NCBI RefSeq assembly: GCF_009914755.1 | Contig: NC_060931.1 | Reading direction: 5' to 3' (one strand) | Origin: the human T2T-CHM13v2.0 reference genome, Homo sapiens | Length of the DNA stretch: 64,000 nucleotides | Shown: piece after piece, positions 45,601 to 59,030 of the stretch | Layout: each line of letters opens with the position of its first letter | Numbering within the stretch: position 1 is the stretch's first letter | Translations under genes and position numbers: made by a program | The notes under the pieces: generated by a model | What the model was told of the DNA's origin: nothing | Databases searched by the model: none | What the model saw: the letters and a program-made list of their open reading frames with translations, nothing else

Positions 45601-45681
45601 CTGGAGGATATTATGCTAAATGGAACAAGCCAAGGACAATTTCTGTTACTGGCTTGTTTCATTTAGCATAATATCCTTCAG
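45601..45681. repeat. 32-bp inverted repeat with 17-nt loop
   Basis: 45601-45632 vs reverse complement of 45650-45681: 30/32 identical. Confidence 0.95.
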
Positions 45682-45874
45682 GTTCACTCATGTTGTTGCA
45701 TACGGCAGAATTTTCTTCCTCTTTAAGGCTGAATAATATTCAATTGTATGTAAATATTACATTTTCTTTATCCATTATCCATTAATGGATATTTATGTTG
45801 TTTCCATATCTTAGCTATTGTGAATAATGCTGCAATGAACATGGTAGAGACAATATCTCACTTTGAGATCCTGA

Positions 45875-46177
<303 letters not shown>

Positions 46178-48819
46178 GAGAACCCAATTTTAATTCTTCT
46201 GGATATCTGCCCAGAAGTGGAATTGCTGGAACATACGTCAGTTATATTCTTAATTTTTTGAAGAAGTCTCGGTACTGTTTTCCATAGTGGCTGCAACGTT
46301 TTACATTTCTACCAACAGTGTGCAAGGGTTTCAATTTCTCTACATCCTCACCAACACTTATCTTTTTTTTTTCTTTTTTTTCAGAATAGCCATTCTAACA
46401 GGTGTGAGGTGATATATCATTGTGGTTTTGATTTGCATTTCTCTGATGATTAGGGATGCTGAGCATTTTTTCACATATATATTGGCCATTCATATCTCTT
46501 CTTTGGAGAAAAGTCTATTCAATTCTTTGCTCATTTTAAAATCTGGTCTTTTTTTTTTTGCTGCTGAATTGTAGTGGTTCCTTATATATTTTGGATATTA
46601 ACTCTTTGTTTCAATTAAAATAATTCTAATCTTACTGGAATCTTGTTCATTTCAGCCTATATATCTAGATATTGACACGACGCTTTGAGATGAGGTCTCT
46701 TGAATTTTAAAAGATAAAAGGAATGACATATTATCTGTTTAATTGAGCTAAATGGGAAATTTATGGAGGCTGAGGGGAAAAAAGTATCCAAAATCTAGAA
46801 GAAAATATGTTTAACTCAGTACATTGCTAAAGCTTTGTCAACTATTATCTTTTCATGTAGCAAGTTATATTTAGGAACCTAGATTTGTGGCCTACTGGGT
46901 AGAATCTGGGTTTTTAGGTTGATGATTCTCTGAATATTTCTTCAGCCAGATGGTTCTGCAGGCTGGGTGCCATCTGACCAGGCAATGTTTAGTTAGATTA
47001 TTTAATTCTGTGTTTATTAAAGCTTGCTCTTTCTGGCAACATATGGTGCCTTTTTAAAGTGTCTCCTTGGCAAACTGCTGAGTTTTGGGTGGCGACTTTT
47101 CAAAGTATATCACTAGAACTGCCAGAAATCACCACTTAATCTCTCCTATACTCTAGAATGCCAAAGAATAGGCCTTCCTTAGTTTCGCACCTCACTGTAT
47201 CCTAACATAGCTGCTTTTGATTTTTAAGCCCGATCCTTAATTTTCACAATATTTGGAGGTATCCTTTGGTATGATAATCATTAGTGATCTAGTGATTAGT
47301 GACCAAACACTGGATCCTCTCATTGACTTGCATTATCTTGGAAGAGTACCAATAGTTTATACCTGACAACTGGTAATCATGTCAGGACCCCATTTTCAAA
47401 AAGTGTGGTTGGGACAGCTTAAGGAGACAAAGATCAATGTGGCTGGTAGAAACTTGAGATTGTATGGTCTTGTACAGCTACTGAAGGGATTGGAAGACAG
47501 GCAAGATGCAGCCCTAAGCCTGTCTCCAAAGTTAACAGCACAGTGTTATGCAATATCAGCATCCCTCAGCTCCAACCAGAATACTGCGATAACACCCACA
47601 CTGGATGGCACATTTGGAAAGAATGAATTGTCAGAAGAGACAAGAGGAATCCATGACCATTATCTCCAGTGCATGGATGTTTGGCCTTTAGGGTCTGTAT
47701 TCTCCTGTGAGCTCTGATTATTGTGTAACTTATCAAGCGCCACTAGACATCTTGGTATGACCCCCTCCCCACCATGTCTACCACTCAGATTAGGCAAATG
47801 CTTCAGGAATGTCTAGAATTAAAAAGATCTCCATGCCAACCAGGAGAATAGTCAGAAGCATTTAAGACAAAAATAATGGAAGCTAGCTCCAGGGCTTCTG
47901 TGTAACCAACAAGGACATGTAGCTGTAAAAAATTCCATAATCCCAGAGCAGCTCTGACTCTTGACCCCTGGTAAGTGGTCGAAATGAGGAGCCTGGAACA
48001 GTGCTTCCATTTCATATCAGGTTGCCCTGACAAAATTCTTGTAGATTGCAGATGCTGATGCATCCTCACTTCCTGCATGTTGCTTGTGAAAATGAGCACA
48101 GAGATATTCTTCAGTGGTCAGAAAAAGCAGAATGGGTGTATTATTTTTGAGAACTGAGAGTGAAGAGGAGCATGCAGAGGAGAGCACAACAGAAATTATA
48201 GTGATAAAAAGATGATTTATCAAAGTCTAGCACCTTACTGGACTTATTGAACTGAGATATAAACTAATGCAGTATTCATTTCCCAAAAGTCATTGATCAT
48301 CGCTGTGTAATATGGATTTGCAAATTGGCACAGCCTTTGGGCATTTTTATAGAGGATGGGAAGACTATCATTCCACATGCAGTTAAATACTTTCCCTAAA
48401 ATTGGAATCTTTTAGTGAGCTTTCCTTCTCAGATGTGGTTTAGTATAACAGTGGAAGGGTAGATACCAGCCAGGGGCCATTTGTAACCAGCAGAGCAGCT
48501 GTAACATGCCTACAGAGTGACTTCACTATTCATTAAAGAAAATCCATGCATGTTGGCTCTGGCCAGGTGCACATCTCTGTAGAAAGCAAACAACAGCATT
48601 GGGGGTTTTTTTGGCGCTGTCAGAGAAATAATATGTGTCAGTTAAGCAAGTAGTAGGTTGTGATTGCACTGAAATCCCTTGAACTGAGTGTCAGCTTATC
48701 TGACACCTGCCTTGAACATGTTTTAGAAGACACCCCCCTGTATTTTTAGATAATTCTCCATATGGATTATGTTTAAAGGAATTTAAAAACTCTCCATTGA
48801 AAGAGCTCTGCATCTCTAT

Positions 48820-48954
48820 TGTGTTGTTACAGAACACATTCCTTCAACCTAGCATTGTTCTTTTCCGGTAATTCTTAATTATGATTTCCAAATTACAGTC
48901 ACTATATTTATCAAATCATAAATATGGACTGGCAGAATCTAACTATAAGACACC
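48820..48954. repeat. Dispersed direct duplication, copy A (partner 50637-50765)
   Basis: 13 substitutions and one 6-nt indel between copies. Confidence 0.95.
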
Positions 48955-49010
48955 CATGGTTTAGAAGCTGATTTGGGATTACTTGTTAATTTTTTAAAGG
49001 AATATTTATA

Positions 49011-49311
<301 letters not shown>

Positions 49312-49574
49312 TTATCACAGATGTGGGACACTCTCTGATTAATTTGAATATACTCTAAAGTCCATCTGAAGTTTTGGGTTGCCTAGGCAGTTTTTTGTTA
49401 GTTTGCTGGTGGTGGTGGTTTTTCTTTTTAATGCTATATTGGTCATCTGGCTAAGATGTGTATATGTGGTGGTCTTGTGTATGCAATTGTCCTTAGAAAT
49501 ACTTAAGTGCCTTATGTTATGAAAACAGATTGGTCTTTTATGAAACTGAAAAATTAAATTCAGAAGCTTCAGTA

Positions 49575-49835
49575 TATAGTGATATGGTACAGACATAAGA
49601 GTCAAGGACATCAGTTCTGGAATCAGAGTTCCTGGATCCATCTGCAGCTTCCCTTCTTACTACTTGTATCCTTGGGCAAGTTACCAAATCTTTCTAATCT
49701 TTGGTTTCCTCATTGTTACATGGGGATATTAAGAGTGTCTATTTTATAGGGTTGTTGTGAAAATTAAATGCAGTAATCAATCCAGTTAACACAGGGCCTG
49801 GCACACAATAAATGTTCAATAAACTTTTATCATCT
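49575..49835 (+). mobile_element. MIR
   Basis: ccttgggcaagttac...tttcctcat...agggttgttgtga...aataaatgtt. Confidence 0.82.
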
Positions 49836-50636
49836 ATTAATGTTCTCACAGACTTGAGAAATGGTGCCTGTCCCTAGAATTATCCTTTCTTGTCTGGTTA
49901 CTGCATTTACTTTAAGGAAGTATAATATAAGGAAGTAAGATACAAAAAGGCCAGACTTCAGTCTGGTTACCTCCTTTTTTATACAGAAACTTTTTCATTT
50001 ATAACAATCAAACTTGTATCCAGGCAAAGTTGAAGATACGCAACTAAGGAAGTTAATTTTGTGATTTTATGTGTCTTTTTAAAGGGAGTATTGCACAGTG
50101 TAAAACTCCATCAACTTTTCACATCCCACCTATCTCAACATCTCTCCTGCATGCTAATAGCAGAGAAGCAAGGCTAGAACCAAGGCCATTTTCCTGTCCT
50201 TTGATTTAATCTGAACCTCCTGACCCTGATCCATAAAGCAGGATATTTCATCTTCTACTGGGGTTGCTAATGAAAGTCAAGTGTTACAAGACGTTGTTCT
50301 TATCGACAGGAAGGTTTATTAGTTGATGCCTTCTCAGTGGGACACAGGATAATTGTATAAAGCAGGGTATTTATTTGATAAAATGCCTTCTAGGTCAGTT
50401 TCTATGAATTTTTTCCTCAAGAGGCCTGGGAATTATCCCAAAAATGAAAAAGAAAAATTCACTGGGCATGAGCAGTAATTCTCAGTAGAAATTGACTTAA
50501 AGACAATCAATTCTGTTTGTATTTTCTGCCCTTTGATCATTTGGAATGGTCTCTTATAGGAGGAAGGGGGCAGATTGAAAAACAAATATAAAAACACAGT
50601 CACTGAAGATGTGGCCACTGGAAGACCTTGCAGAGC

Positions 50637-50765
50637 TGTGTTGTTACAGAACACACTCCTTCAACCTAGCATTGTTCTTTTCCAGTAGCTCTTAACCATG
50701 ATTTCCAAGTTGTAGTCACCATGTTTATCAAATTGTAAATATGGACTGGCAGAATCTAAGACACC
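50637..50765. repeat. Dispersed direct duplication, copy B (partner 48820-48954)
   Basis: tgtgttgttacagaacaca...ggcagaatctaa...gacacc shared with copy A. Confidence 0.95.
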
Positions 50766-50851
50766 AGTGTATATGTTTTTTCTGTATCAATAAACTCTCT
50801 GAGCAGGAAGATTCTTCATCAAAACTATTTTATGTTTCATAGATTTTCTAG

Positions 50852-51150
50852 TTTTTTGTTTTTATTTTATTTTTTTATTTTTTATTTGTTTGTGTATGAG
50901 ATGGAGTCTCACTCTGTTGCCCAGGCTGGAGTGCAGTGGCATGACCTTGGCTCACTGCAACCTCTACCTCCGGGGTTCAAGTGATTCTCTTGCCTCAGCC
51001 TCCTGAGTAGCTGAGACTACAGACGTGTGCCACCATGCCCAGCTAATTTTTTTATATTTTTAGTAGAGACAGGGTTTCACTGTGTTAGCCAGGATGGTCT
51101 TGATCCTCCCAAAGTGCTGTGATTACAGGCTTGAGCCACAACACCCGGCC
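50852..51150 (-). mobile_element. Alu (AluS/Sc-like) with an internal deletion in the left monomer
   Basis: antisense dimer; ...ggtcttgatc joined directly to ctcccaaagt. Confidence 0.93.
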
Positions 51151-52205
51151 GATTCTATAGTTTTATTTGGCACTTATCCCATCTAGATCTTAGCACCTTT
51201 AGTCTGAAAAACATTTTGTTTTTTAGATTTTATCACCTGGAATTTTGTCTTAATTATCAGTTACCAAACAATATGCTTGCTCTGATTTACTCATACTAAT
51301 AAATAAATACATTCTTAACTTGCAGAGAATTTTCGGAAACACAGACGTGAAACAGTGTCACATTAGGGACAGTATTGGAATCTGTAGTTATTTTGCATTT
51401 GAGTATTAGCTGCAGCTCTGTAATACCTTTTGCCCATTTATACAATTCTTTTTCTAGCTTATTATATAATTGGATATAAAATTGCTTTCAGCTTGAGTCT
51501 CAGACTGCATGCAGAGTGTGGGGACTTTGCTATGTTGTTGGGGTAGACACTAGGAAGAAACTAGGCTTTTTCTCTGAAACTTCCAATGATAACTTACTTT
51601 AGTCTGCAGTAAAATTTTTAAGTATCTCTCCCAGCGGCCTTTGGGATTCATTTTCTAAATATTGAATTTAAAAAAAATAGTACTTTTTCTAATTGGTCAA
51701 TCAAAACATTAATGGATGCAAACTATTGAACTAGGTGAGTGATTCAATTACTATACAAGTTTTTTATCTTTAAGATATTTTCCATGTAATTGGTGATACA
51801 AGTCAAAAAGGCAGTCAGTTTCTTTAATCAATGCCACCAATATTACTTAAATTTTCAAATCCACTGGCATTTTCTTAGTATTGTATTGTTTTTTGTTTGT
51901 TTCTTTGTTTTGGATCTCAGTAGTGTTTAGCACCAACGACTGCCATTTGTTCTGGGAACCCTAGGCTAGGGTTCTTACCTTTTTGACTTCTGTGTTTCCT
52001 AAAGAGAAACTTCACCAAGATTCCTATCTTGGACATTTAGGTATTCTCTGTTCTCTCTGAAACACTTGTGGGGATTTTTTGTTTATTTTTTAATCAAAAT
52101 TCTTTTAAAATGTACTATATACATTTTATATCTATGGATCAGTCCATTTAAATAAATGGAAACATCCGTTTATCTGAAAGCAAATGTTCAGGACACATGT
52201 ACTAT

Positions 52206-52268
52206 GTTAAGTTGGACTACAAAAATTGCGATTTTTGTGGGTCAAAAATGATTAATGTTGGCAATTTC
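52206..52268. mobile_element. MADE2-like mariner MITE fragment
   Basis: aaattgcgatttttgtgggtcaaaaatg...ggcaatttc. Confidence 0.55.
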
Positions 52269-54651
52269 CTCTTTTTTTAAATTTACTTTTTCTACTCCTA
52301 TGTAAGAAATTCATCTTCTGCTGTATATACTGAGATACGGTTTACCTCTAGACTTCCCAAAAGTTTAATTTAAAAAACACCATTTTCAACCAGATTGTTA
52401 TATTTTGATGTTATATTTCCCCCCTCAAGTCATGGATATAGCTTCTATTATCATTAATATCAATAGTTAATTGGAAGCACAGATTCAACTGGCAAACATT
52501 TTTGTCTTCACCTAAGGAGTTTTGAATAATGAAAAATACAGGGAAATTCCTATTCTTCTTTTGCTTTCTTCAGTGTCTAGTTTATTCATTCCTGTCCACA
52601 GTGCCAGAGTTAGAAATAACTGTAGCCAAATTTCAAGGTCTTACTCTAGCAGGTTCATCTTCTTCCTTGGCAGGCACAGACAGTACATTATATGAAGACC
52701 CTATAATTACCCAGTTTTGGTAAACACGCATTATTTAGCCAATACAGCAAAATGGCTCCTTCAGAGCCATTACATTGCAGTTCATCAAGTAAATAGTGAT
52801 TTAGCCATTTTCATGAAAAATACGTGTTATTTTGTTGATAGCCTGTCAATCCACAGCATTCAGCTAATTCCCTGTTCCCCTTTATGAGTATTTTGGAACC
52901 TCTTTTTGAAAACCATTACTATACTATATGAAAACTGTACAATGTTCTATTTCAATGTAAAAATCACTTAGTGTGATTGTTTTTGTAGATATTTCTATTA
53001 TGAATAGTCTCTCAGTGTTAGAGATAACAGGACACAGCACTCCATGAATTGCTTTGGTAGAAATGAAAATGAATTCTTTTGATTGTCTTTAAAGAATGGA
53101 AAGAAATGATTTTATAATGTTTAGGCCCTGGAAAAAATGTTTACTTGATCATTTTAATCTGTAATAATTTAATGACAGAATTGTAAAACCCATTCAAGAA
53201 GATATGCTGATGTGTCTGTTGGTGCAGTTTGAAAGCAGGTGTGCACTGATGATAGTGTGCTTCAATACTAATAGAGTTACTTTCACAAACGAAGTGCCTT
53301 TCAGATTAAAATTAAGATGATGCCTTTACCTATCTTTCAAAAGGATTCATTTCCTTCAGGATAAAATTATAACATGGATTTTTGTATCTTCTCCTGAGTG
53401 ACAAATGCCAAGAAGTAGACTTCTGAACTGAAAGATAGAATTCTGCGGAGACAGTGGTGAGGAATCTGTGCCCATTTGTTTTTGTAGTGATGCATCACAC
53501 AAGGATTTCTAACAAAGCAATCCATTAGGATGTAGACAGAGTTCCTACACACTGTAAGAATGTTGTTGTTTCTTTTTTTCCCTGAAGGACAAAAATAGCT
53601 GCCTTGGCACACTGTGCTGCTAGGCCTTGGTGTAAAATGTCATGCTGTTTCTTGCTTCTTCCTTTGATAGCAAGGTACATATATTGAGTACAGGTGTGGC
53701 AATCTGAGTATACTGAGCCAATTTCTAAATGTACTTTATTTATAAGTAAATAAATAATTTATAGGCATTGAAGTGGGAAATTAAAATAGAATCTCATAAG
53801 GAGTTCAAAATGGAATCCCACAAACCACATCAGTCCCTTGTTGCATTTAGTAACTCTGGGAGGACAGGGCAGAGAGTAAAATCTCAATTTATCCTTACAT
53901 ATGAATTAATAGTGGCTTATATCTCAGTGTGTCTTTTTAGGACTTAGTCAGAGGGTTTGCCTTAATCCATTTACAGCCCAACGGTAATCCTTTGCTTAAT
54001 ACATGTGTGATTCCATCAAAGCACAGAACAGTTTGAGACCAAAGGACATCACTCCAGGGTGCTTTTCTATCATTTTTTGCCATGATAATGGACTCAACAC
54101 CTTTTCTCTCCAGCTTGTGTCTCTGAGCTCTCTTCCCAAAAAATGCTGAAATGGTAGTGAAGTTTTCCACCTTGAATGGCCACTTGTTGATAATAAAAGG
54201 TGTCGGCCTGGATTTTCTTGGTTGGTGACACATGAAGAGGTCAGTTGTTTCACACTTCAGTGGCTTTCCCCAACTCATACCACTTTTTGCTTTTGTCTTT
54301 ACATTTTTATTCTTCATTTGAATTGAAATATTCAAGAAGGAGAGCCAGAAGAGACCCCTCTCAGGATGGAAATATTGGTAATTTATTTTCTATACTTTTT
54401 CTTCTCAGAAACATCTGTGGTCTTGTGAGTTTTCCTGAGGACTCTTAGGGAAAAAATTTCCTGAGCCTATCAGAAATCTAGAGACTAGGAAGAGGAGGGG
54501 AGTGGACAGGAGGGAAAAACATTGTTTTGCTTATGGAGCTTGGTATCAAAGCTGCCACCCTTAGCATTAAAAGACCCTTCTTACCTTCAGAATTGTAAAT
54601 CGTGCCCTTTAAGAAATGAGGTTATCCTTCTGGGTAGAAATGAAAAGGAAA

Positions 54652-55120
54652 ACATGAACTCATCCTTTTTTATGGCTGCATGGCATTCCATAGTGTATAT
54701 GTACCACATTTTCTTTGTTCAGTGCAGGGACATGGATGAAGCTGGAAACGATCATTCTGAGCAAACTAACACAAGAACAGAAAACAAAACACTGCATGTT
54801 CTCACTCGTAAGTGGGAGTTGAACAATGAGAACATATGGACACAGGGAGGGGAACATCACACACCAGGGCCTGACAGGGGGTGGGGGACTGGGGGAGGGA
54901 GAGCATTAGGAGAAATACCTAATGTAGATGACGGGTTGATGGGTGCAGCAAACCACCATGGCACGTGTATACCTATGTAACAAACCTGCACCTTCTGCAC
55001 ATGTACCCCAGAACTTAAAGTATAATAAAAACAAAAACACTGAAAAAAAACTAGCAACATTCTATTAAGTAAAAGACAAATATCTAATGTGATCTTTAAA
55101 ATAAAAATGGAAAAGAAAAA
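54652..55120 (+). mobile_element. L1PA 3' end with 5' inversion and probable 3' transduction
   Basis: 54652-54723 antisense L1, 54724-55030 sense L1 3' end, then ~60 nt unique sequence and an A-rich tail; TSD aaaaggaaaacatg (54643-54656, 55121-55134). Confidence 0.9.
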
Positions 55121-56018
55121 AAAAGGAAAACATGGCAGCTTGTGCTCTGTGTTTGCCTTCATGACTTCCCTATGAATGTCCTTTCCCCATTCTCAGTGAG
55201 CTTTTTAGCGCTTTCGCTGTCTCTGAAAAGCCTTCACTAAATCAACAAAGCAGAGTGGAAATGAATGGATGTGGCTCCTACAAACCGTCCTCAACTTCTT
55301 CCCTTCACCCTTTCATACAGAGGATCCTCAGAAGTGGAAGGCTTGTGGCTGGACCAGAGTCCTGAGCAAGGAACCCATGACCTCTCCTAAAACCAACTGA
55401 GACTAGGACCAGAGAACTGAAAATGGAACGGAAACTATAGATCTAGATTTTTCTTCTCAAAGTGATATAATAGGCATGCAATGGCTAATTCGTTTTTTTC
55501 ATGGAAATATCTGAAAGGGTGTTGAAAGAAAAGAAGGGATACCACTAACACAGAGTACTGCTTTTTAAAATATCTTCACGGTGATAAGCTGGCAAGGCTA
55601 GAAAGTAAGCTTGGCTGCCATGTTCGAGGTTAAGATAGCTGAAGAAGCTGGAATCAGTAAGGCAAGCCAATCAATTATAAATTGACTAAGCATATCTAAT
55701 CTCTAAAGCACTGTGATATTGGGGAAGGAGGAGTGCTATAATGCGGGTGATGAAGAGTTTTGTTGTTCTCTGTTTGTCTTCTGCAATAGCGTTTTTTGGT
55801 TCTAGAAGTAATATACATAAAAACAATCAAACGATACAGAACAAGTATGAAGAAATTAAAAATGGGTAATCATACCACACATATCATAACTGTCAACATT
55901 TTGGTAAAAACATCCTTTTTTCTTTTTCTATGCCTAAATATATATTAAAAAATGATTTTAGAGCATACATTCTATTTTTTAAATATTTTTGTTGTTTTGG
56001 TACAAAAGACATGTTTAG

Positions 56019-56346
<328 letters not shown>

Positions 56347-56460
56347 TAAAATTTTCAAATAATATGGTCAAGTTCAGAAAAAAGAAAAGAAAAATTTCCC
56401 CAAAATAATCACCGAGAAATAGCCACTGCTAACATTTGGTATTCTTTCCTTAGAATCATC

Positions 56461-56748
56461 TCTGTATAGTATGCACAGGTATAGATTGATTTGTGTGATT
56501 TTTACATGAATGGGATCAGCTTATTTACTCAAAGTAAGGGATGGATGCTTCTGACATCAGACATCATTTAAAATATCTGTACTGTATATGTATATGGATG
56601 AATTTTATTTAACCAGTGCTTTATTGATGGACATTTAAGTTGTTTACACTTTTCATAGTATGCAGTAAGTATGCAGTATCCTTGTAACTCAAACCTTTGT
56701 TCACTTGTTTAAATTATTTCCTTAGGATACATTCCTAGAAGTGGAGTT
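56461..56748. repeat. Left arm of inverted duplication (partner 57041-57322), within an old L1M remnant
   Basis: reverse complement aligns to 57041-57322 at roughly 88-90%. Confidence 0.95.
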
Positions 56749-57040
56749 TCTGGGTCCAAGGGCTTGCCCATTTTAAAGGCATTTTATATTTTTTATTGCT
56801 AAAAAAATCTAATGATCAAAAAATAAAATCAAAGGCACTTTATACCTAATGATGAACTGGTATTTATTATTTTAGTTGACATTTTTTTGTTTACCAGATA
56901 GACGACCTTTTCATATGTTAATTAAGCATTATATCTTTTTAATTGATTTTATTGATATTTCTTTCATCCTTTTATGTGTGTCTTTTTGTGAATTACCTGC
57001 TTATACTCTTTAATTTATAAAAGTTTCTTACATAGTAAAG

Positions 57041-57322
57041 AACTTCACTTCTAGGAATGTATCCTAAGGAAATAATTTAAATATGTGAACAAAAGTTTAA
57101 GTTAAAAGGATGCTTACTGCATGCTATGAAAAGTGTAAACAACTTAAAAGTCCATCAATAAAGCACTGGTAAATTAAAATTCATCCATAGACTGAGATAC
57201 AGTACAGATGATTACATTGGTGTCTGATGTCAGAAGCACCCACCCCTTACTTTGAGTAAATAAGCTGATCCCAGTCATGTAAAAGTCACACAAATCAACC
57301 TATACCCGTGCTTATATACAGA
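57041..57322. repeat. Right arm of inverted duplication (partner 56461-56748)
   Basis: e.g. cccttactttgagtaaataagctgatccca is the reverse complement of tgggatcagcttatttactcaaagtaaggg. Confidence 0.95.
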
Positions 57323-57544
57323 AAGAACAGCCCTGTGTCTGTCATATGTATTTCAAATTCTTTTCCAGGTTACAATTTGTCTTAAAAATGTATTTAATAG
57401 TGCTTTTAAAGTTGGCTGGTTCTTGATCTGAGACTTGCTTGTGTAAAATAAAAATCATACTAGACCAATTAAACAGGCAAGACTGCTTCAACAGGGCAGA
57501 GAAGTTGAACTCAACTCTGCTGAAATAAAAGGTGGAGAATTTTT

Positions 57545-57572
57545 TTTTTTTAATTATACTTTAAGTTTTAGG
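57545..57572 (-). mobile_element. Micro L1 insertion (last ~20 nt of 3' UTR plus poly-A)
   Basis: attatactttaagttttaggg is the reverse complement of the L1 terminus; TSD ggtggagaattttt (57531-57544, 57573-57586). Confidence 0.88.
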
Positions 57573-57910
57573 GGTGGAGAATTTTTAAGCACTAGGGGGA
57601 GATGGCGGGAAACTACTAGAGGCCATTTCAGGAAGAGGACAGGTGAGTTGATGTGATTAGGCCATCTGTGTTTGCTAACTGGTGCTAAGGGAAGTTAGAC
57701 TCAGCCTTCTACAGAAAGTGGGAGATAGGGACCCTATCTTTCTTAATTACATTTCAAAGGGAAGGTTTTCGAGTCCTTGAGAAAGACATTCCTGGGTTGT
57801 AGAAAATTTACGTCTTAAAGGAGCAAAAAGAACTTACAATAGCAACTTTTCTAAAATAAATCTTCTAAGAAAAGGGAGGTTTAGGGACTGATGGCCAGGA
57901 AGAAACCTGT

Positions 57911-58341
57911 TGATATAGTTTGGAAATTTATCCCCAACCAAATCTCATGGTGCATGTAATCCCCAGCGTTGGAGGTGGGGCCCGGTGGGAGGTGTTTGGA
58001 TCATAGGGGCGGGTCCCTCATGAATGGCTTGTGCCATCCCCTTGGTGATAAGTAAGCTGTCACTCTGAGTTCTCATGAGATCTGGTCATTTAAAAGTGTG
58101 CGCTGCCTCCCCCCTGCCCCACTTCCCTCACTTGCTCCTGCTTCAGCCACGTGATGTTCCTGCTCCCCCATCGCCTTCCACCATAATTGTAAGCTTCCTG
58201 AAGCCTCCCTGGAAGCAGAGCAGATGCCAGCACTGTGCTTCCTGTAAAGCCTGCAGAACTGTGAGCCACTTAAATTCTTTTCTTTATAAACTACCCGGGC
58301 TCAGATATTTCTTTATAGCAATGCAAGAACTGCCTAATACG
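57911..58341 (+). mobile_element. MSTA-like MaLR solo LTR
   Basis: tgatatagtttgg...ccaaatctcatg...ttctttatagcaatgcaagaactgcctaatac; 5-bp TSD cctgt. Confidence 0.92.
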
Positions 58342-58814
58342 CCTGTCTACAGTTTAATTGGGCTCAGGGGAATGTTAAGGCTGTCTTGTTCACTTTGGGA
58401 ACGGTAATACCATTCTCAGGAATAGGGAAGCTAACCAAAGAGGGAGATGGAGATTGGGGAGAGATGAACAGCTCCACCTTTTTCATACTGAAGGACTTCT
58501 TAGGCAGAGCAAAAGACTAGAATTGGTGTTATGTGTGTACAAGTTGTTGAAGTGAAAGGAATGTGGAGGTGGAGCAGCATTAGTCAGACCATAGGTAGAC
58601 CAATTGCTTGTCTCACTGAAACCTTCCACAAGGTCAAGTTGTAAACAAAGCAGGCTACCAAAATACTTGTTGTATTGGTCCTTACCTTATGAGAAATGGG
58701 TATTATTGTTGTCACTGGTCACTCAGAATTAGGATTCTGCTAGTCCCTACTTGAGTTAGTACATCCTTGCCTGCCACAAACTGTAGCTGTCAGGAGTACC
58801 TAGAGGTAATATGT

Positions 58815-59030
58815 GTAATATTAGGAAGAGCCCTGAGGCACACAGGCCCAGGTTCTAATTTCAGCTTTACTGTTTATCAGTAGCTGTAGACAAGTAATTT
58901 ACCTTCTGTGAGACTCTGTCTTCACCTGTAAAATGGGGATAGTAACTGTTCAGGGTTATTGGGGTAAATCAATGAGATCCCATATGCAGAGTACCTGGCC
59001 CAAGTCCCTCCCATAGAATGAGCTCCATTG
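58815..59030 (+). mobile_element. MIR fragment
   Basis: acaagtaatttacctt...cacctgtaaaatggggatagtaa. Confidence 0.7.

Larger units (their letters stand above)
57430..58392 (-). mobile_element. ERV1 LTR (MER67/MER31-like), interrupted by an L1 micro-insertion and an MST LTR
   Basis: gtccttgagaaagacattcctgggttgta...aagaaaagggagg...ggggaatgttaaggctgtcttgttca. Confidence 0.6.

Noticed and set aside
47379-47717. 112-aa ORF in unique DNA
   Set aside because: No recognisable domain or splice context; length is within chance expectation
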